DNA of 64,000 bases. It comes from Bacteroidota bacterium (lineage in GTDB: Bacteria > Bacteroidota > Bacteroidia > Palsa-948). Position 1 is the stretch's first letter. Each line of letters opens with the position of its first letter. The DNA lies in the NCBI GenBank assembly GCA_016213405.1, contig JACRAM010000057.1, positions 27,773-91,772 of the forward strand. The letters run 5' to 3'. The translations under genes were made by a program, and so were the position numbers. This document shows, in pieces, positions 10,390-19,134 of the stretch. A model generated the notes under the pieces. It did not search any database, was not told the DNA's origin, and was given only the letters and a program-made list of their open reading frames with translations.

Positions 10390-11412
10390 TTAAAGCCCTG
10401 CAGAAGCAAGAGCAATAAAAATTATAAAACCGATTATTCCTTTTGCCACGGATGCGCCACCCGCTGCTTTTTTTGTTCTCATTTTCACCATTTCATTTTC
10501 ATAACCATTGCGATATAATTTCTCATCCACACCCGAAGGAATTTTTTCAAACGACACTTTAGAATTTATTGCTGCGGATGAAACAAACGGAGAACCGAAA
10601 GTCATGCCCGTGCAAAAGCCACCAGCCGCCCAACCACCTTTGTAATTCCGAACAGCATCGCTCACTCCGCGCTGATAACTTTGATAATAATAAGATGACT
10701 GCATATTATTCCATTTTTCTTTTTCATCTACTTCTCCCAAAGGGACAGAAACCTGAAGTTTCTTTTTTGCATCATAATAATCATCTGCATTTGTTTGAGC
10801 AGGAATCGTTCTTTGTTCGTTTGCCACCAGCCCTAAAGGGTGCTGCGAAGTATCTGGTATTTCTTTCTTCATGTTCTTCCCTGCTTCTTCTCCCTTTAAG
10901 GTTGGGGCAGGCGTTTCAGGTTTTTGCTCGGGCCACTGCAAATAAGTTTTTACAGCACTCTTCGTGATGCTTTTCTTCGTATCGCTTCCGGCTGGCAGAT
11001 ATGAAATCACCCATTCATCTTCCTTTAGAATAAAACAGCGAATGGTGTCTCCATAATAGGGAACAATTAAATCATAATTTTTTTTCAGGATTTTTTTCTC
11101 TTCATTAAATGTAATGAGATAAGTGGGCGTTTCAATTTTTTTTACATCCGAAGTTTTTACATCCATAAGGTTTCCATTTATAACATATTCCACCTTTGTG
11201 GTATCAATTTTCCAGAGGCGAACATGTTTTATTTCCTTTCCTGAAAAAAGTTGAATGCGGCTATTGCCCTGGGGCAGGGTGCTATCTTGCGCCAGCAAGA
11301 CGTAAGATGTTCCGAAGGGATTGAGACCAAGCAGAAAGCAGATGGAAAGAAAAATTATGCTGATGACCGACAGCCGGTTGCTGATTACTGATATATATAA
11401 TATTATTTTCAT
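10390..11412 (-). CDS. Hypothetical secreted/membrane protein (N-terminal signal/TM, C-terminal Gly-zipper TM)
   Basis: N-terminal hydrophobic segment, C-terminal GIIGFIIFIALASAGL. Part of the minus-strand cluster. Confidence 0.4.
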   Translation of the reverse strand: MKIILYISVISNRLSVISIIFLSICFLLGLNPFGTSYVLLAQDSTLPQGNSRIQLFSGKEIKHVRLWKIDTTKVEYVINGNLMDVKTSDVKKIETPTYLITFNEEKKILKKNYDLIVPYYGDTIRCFILKEDEWVISYLPAGSDTKKSITKSAVKTYLQWPEQKPETPAPTLKGEEAGKNMKKEIPDTSQHPLGLVANEQRTIPAQTNADDYYDAKKKLQVSVPLGEVDEKEKWNNMQSSYYYQSYQRGVSDAVRNYKGGWAAGGFCTGMTFGSPFVSSAAINSKVSFEKIPSGVDEKLYRNGYENEMVKMRTKKAAGGASVAKGIIGFIIFIALASAGL

Positions 11413-11422
11413 GAAAATTAGT

Positions 11423-11743
11423 TTAGTAATTCAGATAATGCGTTTCGGGTTTGTTGTTATGAAATTCAAGCTTCAAGGGACCCCATTTGCTTTCAGTAAA
11501 TTCAATCCTGCTAATAACATCCATCATCTTATCATGTGTGCTTGAATTCTTTTCGTACACAATCCAGTATTCTTTTATTTCCAGAAGATTGATGTTCTTT
11601 ATTACAGAGTTATCCTTTTCAATAATTTTTCCTATTCCGAGTGCTTTTATGTCTTCCGGTTTGGTAAGGTCAGGCGCTTTGTTTTGCATGGCTGATGAAA
11701 AAGAGAACACCAGTGCAAATGAGAGGATAATTAAGTTAGACAT
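11423..11743 (-). CDS. Small secreted hypothetical protein
   Basis: Signal peptide MSNLIILSFALVFSFSSAMQ, 106 aa. Confidence 0.4.
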   Translation of the reverse strand: MSNLIILSFALVFSFSSAMQNKAPDLTKPEDIKALGIGKIIEKDNSVIKNINLLEIKEYWIVYEKNSSTHDKMMDVISRIEFTESKWGPLKLEFHNNKPETHYLNY

Positions 11744-11847
11744 GGTTTGTATTTTTTGATTGCACCGATTTTAAAAATGATTACACCGATTCTTTTGCTT
11801 TAATCGGTGTAATCATACTGTTTCTCATCGGTGAAATAGGTGAAGGT

Positions 11848-13017
11848 TTATTGAACTCTTGGTTTTTTATAAATATTAAACCCGAATGAAACGCCAACCG
11901 TTGTTCCTGCCTTATCAGGCACTACAAACACATTCACGGGAATATTCAGGTAACCAGATTTAAATGTTCTTCCTACAGCTAAAACCAATCGGGCGGACAG
12001 AGCAGAAGAACCGCGGCTGTCTAATCGTTTTTCAGTCGAATAGGGATTGGGTACAGGGCGAGGAATGCCGGCAACTGTATCCATAATATTCCACTCATTC
12101 TCTAAGTGCCATGCATCGTTGCCAGCACCTAAAGAATTATTTGTATCATAAAATCCTTTTGCTTTTTGAACAATTCTGAAACTGGGACCGAAAGCAAATT
12201 CCCATCCTCCTTTTCCAAATCTGAAGCCATTCATAAAAGTTACGGAAGGAATGAACTTACCCGATTCAAGCCCGCTGATCATAGGGATGAACTCCACCAG
12301 TGCCTGAAAATTTCCGGCACTCAGGTATTGCCATTCATGCTGCCATCCGCAATCGAACATTACAGGATACATATCAAAACCGCCTTTGTCAGCTGAAGGC
12401 TCCTGAAGAACTTTTGCTCCATCGCCAAACACCATTGAGCCGCCCATTCTTGGACCATTCAATCTCAGTTGCGTCTTCGGGCTTTCAACAGGCGTATCGT
12501 AATTGATAAGAAGGTTCACCAAGTTTTGGTCAGGCGTAATACCCATCATCTTCTGCACCGAAATAGCTATCATCTTCTGCAATTCGGGCTGTAGATTCAG
12601 ATACTCAGTCGCATCTTGTTTCTCAACCACTTCTGTTTTTACATCAATCACTTTAAGTGAGATCACAATCTTTTCTCCGAATCGCTCCACGCTTCCTGTA
12701 ATCATCTTGTCAACTCCCAGCGATTTTCCAGCCGCCACCACGCATGATTTTCCAAAACAGGTTTTCGCATCAATGTTGTTTTTCTTCACACCTTCTGCCA
12801 CATCGTATTTGTCCATTACATTGTACACGTTTGCTTTCTCCATTTCGAGCCGAACCATGTAGCCGACTGCTTCAGCATCTGATATAACGCCTTTGCTGTC
12901 AATACCCAGCACTGCTGCCACGGGCTTGGCTTGGTTTTGTGCACTTGAACTAATGATTGCCCCGCACATTATAATACCGAGCATCATTGTTTTGATTGTT
13001 TGATTTGTTGTTTTCAT
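11848..13017 (-). CDS. Hypothetical outer-membrane-associated protein (periplasmic lipoprotein-like N-terminal module plus beta-rich C-terminus)
   Basis: Signal peptide. The N-terminal module (VAAVLGIDSKGV...GKSLGVDKMITGSVERFGEKIVISLKVIDVKTE) resembles a CsgG/TolB-N-like periplasmic fold. The C-terminus is Gly/aromatic-rich. Confidence 0.4.
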   Translation of the reverse strand: MKTTNQTIKTMMLGIIMCGAIISSSAQNQAKPVAAVLGIDSKGVISDAEAVGYMVRLEMEKANVYNVMDKYDVAEGVKKNNIDAKTCFGKSCVVAAGKSLGVDKMITGSVERFGEKIVISLKVIDVKTEVVEKQDATEYLNLQPELQKMIAISVQKMMGITPDQNLVNLLINYDTPVESPKTQLRLNGPRMGGSMVFGDGAKVLQEPSADKGGFDMYPVMFDCGWQHEWQYLSAGNFQALVEFIPMISGLESGKFIPSVTFMNGFRFGKGGWEFAFGPSFRIVQKAKGFYDTNNSLGAGNDAWHLENEWNIMDTVAGIPRPVPNPYSTEKRLDSRGSSALSARLVLAVGRTFKSGYLNIPVNVFVVPDKAGTTVGVSFGFNIYKKPRVQ

Positions 13018-13062
13018 TGTTGTTGATTTTGATTTTAATTGTTATTGTTATAAAAATATTTC

Positions 13063-13749
13063 TTAGAAATAAAATCTCACGAGCAAGTTGGTTTCAGTCG
13101 TGATAGAAGTGGAGGCATAATCCTCCTCTTGGTAATAAGAACCAGACGGATAATCCGCATTGGATTTTGTGCGCAGTAATCCCACTTCGGTGCCAACGCT
13201 GAAATGCCCGCTTAAAAAATATTCTCCGCCCAGCACAAGCCCCACCGCGCTGTTAGTAAAGGTTGCGGTAGTTTTATTATATGTAGTTATAGTATTATAA
13301 GGAGGGTTGGGATTATAGGTTGTGGTTTGTTGCACACCCTCATCACTGTTTTTAGATGCTATGTATTTTAATCCCGCATATAAATTGGTTTTTTCTTTTT
13401 GCCACATTCCATACATGCCCGCTCCGTAGGCAAAACTTTTGTTGACTAAATCTTCTTTCAAATATTTATTGTAACTTTTCGTTTGAAAATAACCAACTTC
13501 AGGTTGTATTCTGAAATTCGGATGGGCGTTAATGGTTACCACTATCCTGTTGCCGGCAGGCATAACATATTCGTATTGGCTTTGTAATAAATCATTCAAC
13601 AGGTTGGATGATTTCAGCCCTATGCCTATGATTCTATCCTTCTGTTTTTTCTCATCAGCAGGTTTAGTGGGCGCTGTAGGAATTTCCTGTGCTTTTGTAA
13701 ATGCACTTGCTGCAAGCAACAGTGTAATGATTGTGAGTTTTGTTTTCAT
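13063..13749 (-). CDS. Outer membrane beta-barrel protein (porin-family-like)
   Basis: Signal peptide MKTKLTIITLLLAASAFTKAQ, alternating amphipathic strands, C-terminal ...LLVRFYF with terminal Phe. Confidence 0.55.
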   Translation of the reverse strand: MKTKLTIITLLLAASAFTKAQEIPTAPTKPADEKKQKDRIIGIGLKSSNLLNDLLQSQYEYVMPAGNRIVVTINAHPNFRIQPEVGYFQTKSYNKYLKEDLVNKSFAYGAGMYGMWQKEKTNLYAGLKYIASKNSDEGVQQTTTYNPNPPYNTITTYNKTTATFTNSAVGLVLGGEYFLSGHFSVGTEVGLLRTKSNADYPSGSYYQEEDYASTSITTETNLLVRFYF

Positions 13750-13786
13750 TTTAATTGATTTTGGTTTGTGTTTGTTTTCCGTTTGA

Positions 13787-13811
13787 CCCGTTGGATGTTA
13801 TCCTACGGGTT
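13787..13811. repeat. 25-nt hairpin motif CCCGTTGGATGTTATCCTACGGGTT (copy 1)
   Basis: Perfect stem CCCGT/ACGGG plus GGAT/ATCC. A near-identical copy lies at 15829-15853. Confidence 0.6.
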
Positions 13812-14000
13812 TTGATGAAACAAAGATGTGCCCTATTGGCGAAGAGAAAAAACGGATTTGAGATAGAGAGAAACTGAACTCTTAGCGATTTCTGCAAAAA
13901 GAGCGCGGTACTATGCTTGAAGGCAGGTGTTTTTGCATTTTATGCAAATGGAAAAAGTAAATTATTGAATACTGCAAAAGAATTTTCGCACAATGTTGAT

Positions 14001-14639
14001 TTAAACTAAACTTTCTTTGTATTTAAATGCACTTTTGTATTTGTGTTTTAACCCGAAATAGATAAAAAGCAAGCTAAATAACATTATCATATGCGAAATA
14101 TCATTATGATTAAACCATGAAGCAAGTGATATTTTTTTTGAATGAATATAAATGGTAGAAAAAGATATAATAAAACCAGAGAATATCATCGCTTTATATT
14201 TTCGGGTGCGGATTGATGTTGGAAAATACAATACAACAAGTTGCACTAAGCCAACTAATGAATTGACAGAAACAACCAAAAAGTTTTTAAAATAAAATAC
14301 GCAAGCGAAAAAAACAAATAGCTGCACCAGAGAAATAGTAAAAAATAATTTATGCTTGTTAACATCAGCTATTTCTTCTTTACATGCCGCTACTTGTGCA
14401 TAAAACAAAGAAACGCCTGCAATGCACTGCATGATAAGCCAAGTAATTATATAGTAGCCGGAAGTGTGTTCCCAAGGCAAGCCATGAACCACAACACCCA
14501 AAAAAGTGGATACACAAAGAAATAAAAAGAATAATCGCCATTGAGTAATGTAAGTATTCCCTATCCGCAGTTTTGACAATGATTTGTAACACCAAAAACA
14601 AAAAATTGCCAATAAAAGATCGGTGAAGGCGGTTACCAT
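14001..14639 (-). CDS. Polytopic integral membrane protein (about 6 TM), co-transcribed with the desaturase
   Basis: Multiple hydrophobic helices. 7-nt gap to the upstream desaturase gene on the same strand. Confidence 0.45.
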   Translation of the reverse strand: MVTAFTDLLLAIFCFWCYKSLSKLRIGNTYITQWRLFFLFLCVSTFLGVVVHGLPWEHTSGYYIITWLIMQCIAGVSLFYAQVAACKEEIADVNKHKLFFTISLVQLFVFFACVFYFKNFLVVSVNSLVGLVQLVVLYFPTSIRTRKYKAMIFSGFIISFSTIYIHSKKISLASWFNHNDISHMIMLFSLLFIYFGLKHKYKSAFKYKESLV

Positions 14640-14646
14640 AACTGAA

Positions 14647-15741
14647 TTATATTTTGCCTGCTAATTTTTCAGTTCTTCCCATAATCTTTAAAAGATTTAT
14701 ATGAGAAGATAATGCCTGAAAAATTGTATTTTCTCTAAACCTGATATTATGTTTTAAAGCAGTTGCCCGTATTATTTGAGTAAGATCAAAATAATGAATA
14801 TGGCAAACGGAAGAAAAAAGGTGATGAGCGATATGAGTGTTAAGCCCTCCGCTTAACCAAAATAATATCTTGTTATTAACGCCAAAGTTGGTAGTCACTT
14901 CTACCTGATGCACTGCCCAGCTATTATCTATTATGCCATTATCTGGTTCAGGAAATGGACTGTCATCTAACGCATGAACAGGAAAAAAGATGATGGCAAG
15001 AAACACGCCCAAAACAAAGTGCATTAAAAAAAAGCCGATTAATATTTTCCAGCAGACAAGATTTATAAAAACTAATGGAATGACCAAAGCATACGTAAAG
15101 TAAACCAGTTTAGAAACAAATAAAATCAGATATTCTTTTTTGGGATGATTATAAAAATTATTATTTCCGAATTTTTTTGTGGCGAACAGTTGAAAATCTT
15201 TTATGAAAATCATGTATAAACTTGTGACCGGATAGAGCAGCGGCACATAGATATGCTGATAGCGATAAAACCATTTTAGTTTAACATGGTTCACCAATCT
15301 TGCAATTTTTATTTGTTCAATATCCATATCATAACCAGGAACGTTGGTAAAAGAATGGTGAGAAACGTTATGCTTTATATCCCAAATATACCTGTTCACG
15401 CCTATTAAATTGAAAGAATATGAAAATAGTTTATTCAGTTTTGAATTACTAAACAGAGCATTGTGCGAAGCATCATGAGAAATATTAAAGGCAATTAATG
15501 CTTGTGAAAGTCCGAATAATAACGCAAGCAGCAGCAGGGTTTGTTCACTAAACCTGTTACTTAATAAAGCGGCATAGGAACCAAAGAATAAAAAAGCAAT
15601 AATTACCATTTTAAGAATCATGGCTCTATTCGCCTTTTTTCCATATCCTTTTGAAATAAAATAGTTATCAGTTTTTTCTTTAACCTCTTTGTAAAAAGGA
15701 GTATGTAATGGTCTGCCAAATTTGATTGTATTATTTTCCAT
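14647..15741 (-). CDS. Membrane fatty-acid desaturase (acyl-lipid/acyl-CoA desaturase family, three His boxes)
   Basis: His boxes HDASHNALF, HNVSHHSFTN and HIAHHLFSSVCHIHY, with TM segments between them. Confidence 0.8.
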   Translation of the reverse strand: MENNTIKFGRPLHTPFYKEVKEKTDNYFISKGYGKKANRAMILKMVIIAFLFFGSYAALLSNRFSEQTLLLLALLFGLSQALIAFNISHDASHNALFSNSKLNKLFSYSFNLIGVNRYIWDIKHNVSHHSFTNVPGYDMDIEQIKIARLVNHVKLKWFYRYQHIYVPLLYPVTSLYMIFIKDFQLFATKKFGNNNFYNHPKKEYLILFVSKLVYFTYALVIPLVFINLVCWKILIGFFLMHFVLGVFLAIIFFPVHALDDSPFPEPDNGIIDNSWAVHQVEVTTNFGVNNKILFWLSGGLNTHIAHHLFSSVCHIHYFDLTQIIRATALKHNIRFRENTIFQALSSHINLLKIMGRTEKLAGKI

Positions 15742-15828
15742 GACTTTTTTTATAAAAACCTTTCCAACCCGGTTTGATGCTGGGCTGGAAAAGTTTAAAA
15801 GATGTTTTCAACACGGCTGCGGCTTTAA

Positions 15829-15853
15829 CCCGTTGGATTTTATCCTACGGGTT
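15829..15853. repeat. 25-nt hairpin motif CCCGTTGGATTTTATCCTACGGGTT (copy 2)
   Basis: 24/25 identical to the copy at 13787-13811. Confidence 0.6.
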
Positions 15854-16772
15854 GGAGATTCACATCCTGAGTGAGGTCGCCTCCTTCGGGAATGTTAAGG
15901 GCTTTGGTGTCGGTGACGAATAATGGTTTTGCAAATTCCATATTGCCGGGTCCCACAAAACCGGTTACAAGTTCAAAGTCGCCATTGGCATCGGTTACTG
16001 CGCTTTCGTTGGTTTCAACCAGGCGCGCGCTCATTCCTGCAAGGGCGGCTGCGGTAACGGCATGGCGCCCTTTTCCGCGGATGGTTGTTTTCACAGTGCT
16101 GACATACACCAATCCCCATTCGCGGGCTTTGTTGCGCTTGCTGGTGATGGGTTCTTCATTAAAAAATGTTTCCACTTCGTCCCAAACTTTCAAAATTATT
16201 TTGTCGGCTTCTTCGCGCTGGTCTTCCACATCTTCCTGCGCGCTGTCATAATTATTTTTTGCCGTGCTCTGCGCAATGTTGGCATTCTTGAAGGCGTTGT
16301 ATTCAAAAGTTACTTCAGCAATAGTGGGCATCGCCATGGGCGCTCCGCCTGCGGCAATGCGCGCGGCATCTCCGTCAATCAATCGCTGCCACCACTGGGT
16401 GAGCAGGGGTTCGGTGCTGATGTCAGGGACGCTGTTTGAGTTCACATCCAACTGGTAAAATGCGCGGTGCGATGGGGGAAACATTCCTCTATCCACTCCA
16501 TTATTAAATGCCTGAATGAAATGCGATACGAACATGCGCGCTCTTGCCTGAGCGGTTTCTTTCACCGTGGTGGAATCGGTTTGCGCCTGAAGTTTGTTTG
16601 CCCGCGCCTGCATCAGCGATGAAAACAGCGGCTGCATGGCATCCAACCGTGTGATAGTGTTTGGAGTAATGGCGATGTTAGCCGGTGCGGTGTTGTCTTT
16701 TTTGGTTTTTGCTCCGCTCAGGGCGATGTTGCGCTTTTCGTCTGAGTCGGGAAGTTTTCTTGTTATGCTCAT
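15840..16772 (-). CDS. Hypothetical protein encoded by a GC-rich (~55% versus ~35% background) gene. The C-terminus resembles a carboxypeptidase-regulatory-like (CarbopepD_reg/Cna-B-like) beta-sandwich.
   Basis: Base composition is strikingly different from its neighbours. C-terminal VTDANGDFELVTGFVGPGNMEFAKP pattern. No signal peptide detected. Confidence 0.45.
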   Translation of the reverse strand: MSITRKLPDSDEKRNIALSGAKTKKDNTAPANIAITPNTITRLDAMQPLFSSLMQARANKLQAQTDSTTVKETAQARARMFVSHFIQAFNNGVDRGMFPPSHRAFYQLDVNSNSVPDISTEPLLTQWWQRLIDGDAARIAAGGAPMAMPTIAEVTFEYNAFKNANIAQSTAKNNYDSAQEDVEDQREEADKIILKVWDEVETFFNEEPITSKRNKAREWGLVYVSTVKTTIRGKGRHAVTAAALAGMSARLVETNESAVTDANGDFELVTGFVGPGNMEFAKPLFVTDTKALNIPEGGDLTQDVNLQPVG

Positions 16773-16826
16773 TGTGATTGATTATTGGTTATTGTTTAGT
16801 GATTATTTATTATTAGTTGTTTTTTT

Positions 16827-17121
16827 GCCTCTCGCATTTGTGCGATACTATGTTTTAAACTTTTTTACGCCTCTCGCATTTATGCGAACTAATGTTTCAA
16901 TCTTTTTTATACCTGTCGCATTTGTGCGAACTCATATTTTGAACTTTTTTATGCCCCTCTCATTTATACGAACCCATGTTTCAAACTTTTTTCTCCCTCT
17001 CGTATTTGTGCGAACCCATACTTCAAACTTTTTTCTACCCTTCGGATTTGTGAAAACCCATCTTTCAAACTTTGTTTTGCCCTTCGGATTTGCGCGAACC
17101 CATGCTTTAAACTTTTTTATG
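16827..17121. repeat. Seven head-to-tail tandem 42-bp repeats (units 42,42,42,42,43,42,42 bp), each with a palindromic core TCGCATTTGTGCGA. Repeats degenerate toward 17121.
   Basis: Direct reading: GCCTCTCGCATTTGTGCGATACTATGTTTTAAACTTTTTTAC / GCCTCTCGCATTTATGCGAACTAATGTTTCAATCTTTTTTAT / ACCTGTCGCATTTGTGCGAACTCATATTTTGAACTTTTTTAT / ... It lies upstream of the start of 15840..16772 (-) and downstream of the XRE gene stop. Confidence 0.9.
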
Positions 17122-17133
17122 CTCATTGTATTC

Positions 17134-17370
17134 TTAATTTATATCCATTAATATTCTGAGCGGAACACCCAATGCTTTTGCAATATCACGCACATACAAA
17201 AAACCAGGATTTACTACCCCGCGTTCTAACCGCTGTATGCTCGACTTGTCTCTATTCATTTCATAGGCAAGTTTCTCCTGGCTGTAACCCAATTGCCTTC
17301 TAATCCATTTAATCCTTGCTATAAGTTTCAGCAAATCGGCATCTATATATATGTGAGAACTTTTTGGCAT
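17134..17370 (-). CDS. XRE-family helix-turn-helix transcriptional regulator (78 aa)
   Basis: HTH_XRE signature LGYSQEKLAYEMNRDKSSIQRLERG. Confidence 0.75.
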   Translation of the reverse strand: MPKSSHIYIDADLLKLIARIKWIRRQLGYSQEKLAYEMNRDKSSIQRLERGVVNPGFLYVRDIAKALGVPLRILMDIN

Positions 17371-17654
17371 TGCTAATATCGGTTATAGTTATTAAAGGAT
17401 GGGCAACACATTTGTTGTCGGGTAGTTTGTATGATGACCTATTTTTATTTTCATACAACAAATGTAAGTCGGCTTATCCGGCAATAAAAACGGATTTGAA
17501 CTAAAAGAAATTAAAAACCAAATGGAATCTTGCAAAAGCTTGCCCGAAACTGTAAAACGAAATCACTTTTTGCATTTTTCGCCAATGCATAATTGATAAA
17601 AATCATATCTTGCAAAACATTTCTAATGAAATAATTACAATTCGATAAACTAAA

Positions 17655-18674
17655 ATGGAAGAAACCACAACAAAAAATCCTATCCAGTTAAAGTTTTTTG
17701 AAAAGTTAAAGCATCTTGCGCCTGCAAACATTTCGCTTGCCAATGAAATAGCCGATGTGCTTGAAATAAGTGCCGATGGCGCTTACCGCAGAATGCGCGG
17801 TGAAAGCGTGCTGAGCATGGATGAAATGGTGAAACTCTGCCGCCATTATAAAATTCCACCTGATGCCATTGTGGCTTCAGACGAAAATACTTCCGCCACT
17901 TTCCAGTTCCGAAAAATGATTCAGGATGAATCGGGGTTTGAAGATTACCTGAAAAATATTTACAATGATTTGCAGCGGATAAACGCCTCTCATCCCAAGC
18001 AGATTATTTATGCGGCAAGTGATATTCCCATCTTTCACCAGTTTTACCTTCCTGAATACGCGGCATTCAAAATGTATTGGTGGCAGAAAGCTATTTTGAA
18101 TTTACCATCCGTTGAAGGAAAAAAATTTGACCCTTCCGAAATCAGGAATGATTTCATTGAAACCTGTAAGCGCATCACCGATACCTATATTCAAATCCCT
18201 TCTATAGAAATCTGGCATAACGATACTTTTTCAAGCAACCTCGCCATGCTTGACTTTGCCTGGGAATCGGGCTGGTTTGATTCTAAGGAAAAAGCTTTCT
18301 TAGTTTGCGACAGCCTGACAAAAATTCTCAACTCGCTTGAAAAGCAGGCAGAAAAAAGTTCTAAATTCATTAAAGAAGAAAAGTGGGCTGAGAATGAGGG
18401 GAACTTTACCTTCTATCACAGCGAAGTGATTCTTACCAACAATCACATTTTTGTTACTGCGGGAAATGCACGGGTGCTTTATCTCACGCACAATACATTT
18501 AATTCCATGGCAACCACCAATAAAGTCTTCTGTGATGAAACCGAATCATGGCTGAAAAACCTGATGAAGAAATCTACTCAGATAAGCGGGATGGGAGAAA
18601 AGCAGCGCCACAAGTTTTTCAAAAAATGCCATGAAAAAGTTTCTGCTGTTGTTACCCGTATTTCAGAATCCTGA
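17655..18674 (+). CDS. Hypothetical protein with a putative N-terminal HTH-like domain
   Basis: N-terminal KFFEKLKHLAPANISLANEIADVLEISADGAYRRMRGE looks like a DNA-binding HTH. The rest is unassigned. Divergent from the XRE gene. Confidence 0.4.
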   Translation: MEETTTKNPIQLKFFEKLKHLAPANISLANEIADVLEISADGAYRRMRGESVLSMDEMVKLCRHYKIPPDAIVASDENTSATFQFRKMIQDESGFEDYLKNIYNDLQRINASHPKQIIYAASDIPIFHQFYLPEYAAFKMYWWQKAILNLPSVEGKKFDPSEIRNDFIETCKRITDTYIQIPSIEIWHNDTFSSNLAMLDFAWESGWFDSKEKAFLVCDSLTKILNSLEKQAEKSSKFIKEEKWAENEGNFTFYHSEVILTNNHIFVTAGNARVLYLTHNTFNSMATTNKVFCDETESWLKNLMKKSTQISGMGEKQRHKFFKKCHEKVSAVVTRISES

Positions 18675-18702
18675 CGGATAATCAAAGCAGGCAATACGGA
18701 GT

Positions 18703-19134
18703 TTACTTCTTTTTCTTCTTCGCTGTTGGTTTTTTAGCCGCAGTTTTTTTTGCCACAGGAGCCTTCTTCGCTACAGGTTTGCTAACTTTCTTTGCCGGGC
18801 TTTTCTCTTTTTTCTTAGTTGCTTTTGTTTCGGTATGGACTGGTGCTTCTCCGAAGGAGTCCTTATGGACAACCGCAGAGACTGTTTCTGCAACAACCGG
18901 TTTAACCACTTCAACTGCAGGAGTAACTACTTCTGCTACTTGCGGTTTAACTGCTTCAACAACCGGCTTTTTCACGATTTGTTCAGCGGCTATTTTCGGC
19001 AGGTCTTTCAACACTTTTACCTTACGAACCGGAGCAGCCGGGCGAATACCTTTGCTTTTTTTGCGAGGACGGCTAACTCCTGTAGTGCCTCTCCATATTT
19101 TTCCTCTTTTGGTGCGGATATCTCCTTTTCCCAT
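18703..19134 (-). CDS. Ribosomal protein THX (bTHX) homologue fused to a Lys/Ala/Pro-rich histone H1-like tail
   Basis: N-terminus [26 protein letters not shown] closely matches Thermus Thx ([25 protein letters not shown]). C-terminal tail ...[36 protein letters not shown]. Confidence 0.6.
   Translation of the reverse strand: [143 protein letters not shown]

Noticed and set aside
16827-17121. Possible CRISPR array
   Set aside because: Repeats are contiguous with a 42-bp period, with no unique spacers and no cas genes nearby. It is a tandem direct repeat, not CRISPR.
16594-17151. Track ORFs 16594..17151 (+) and 16932..17126 (-) with internally repetitive proteins (FVRTH..., WVRTN...)
   Set aside because: These are artefacts of translating the 42-bp tandem repeat. 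Period 42 is a multiple of 3, so any frame gives a repetitive ORF.
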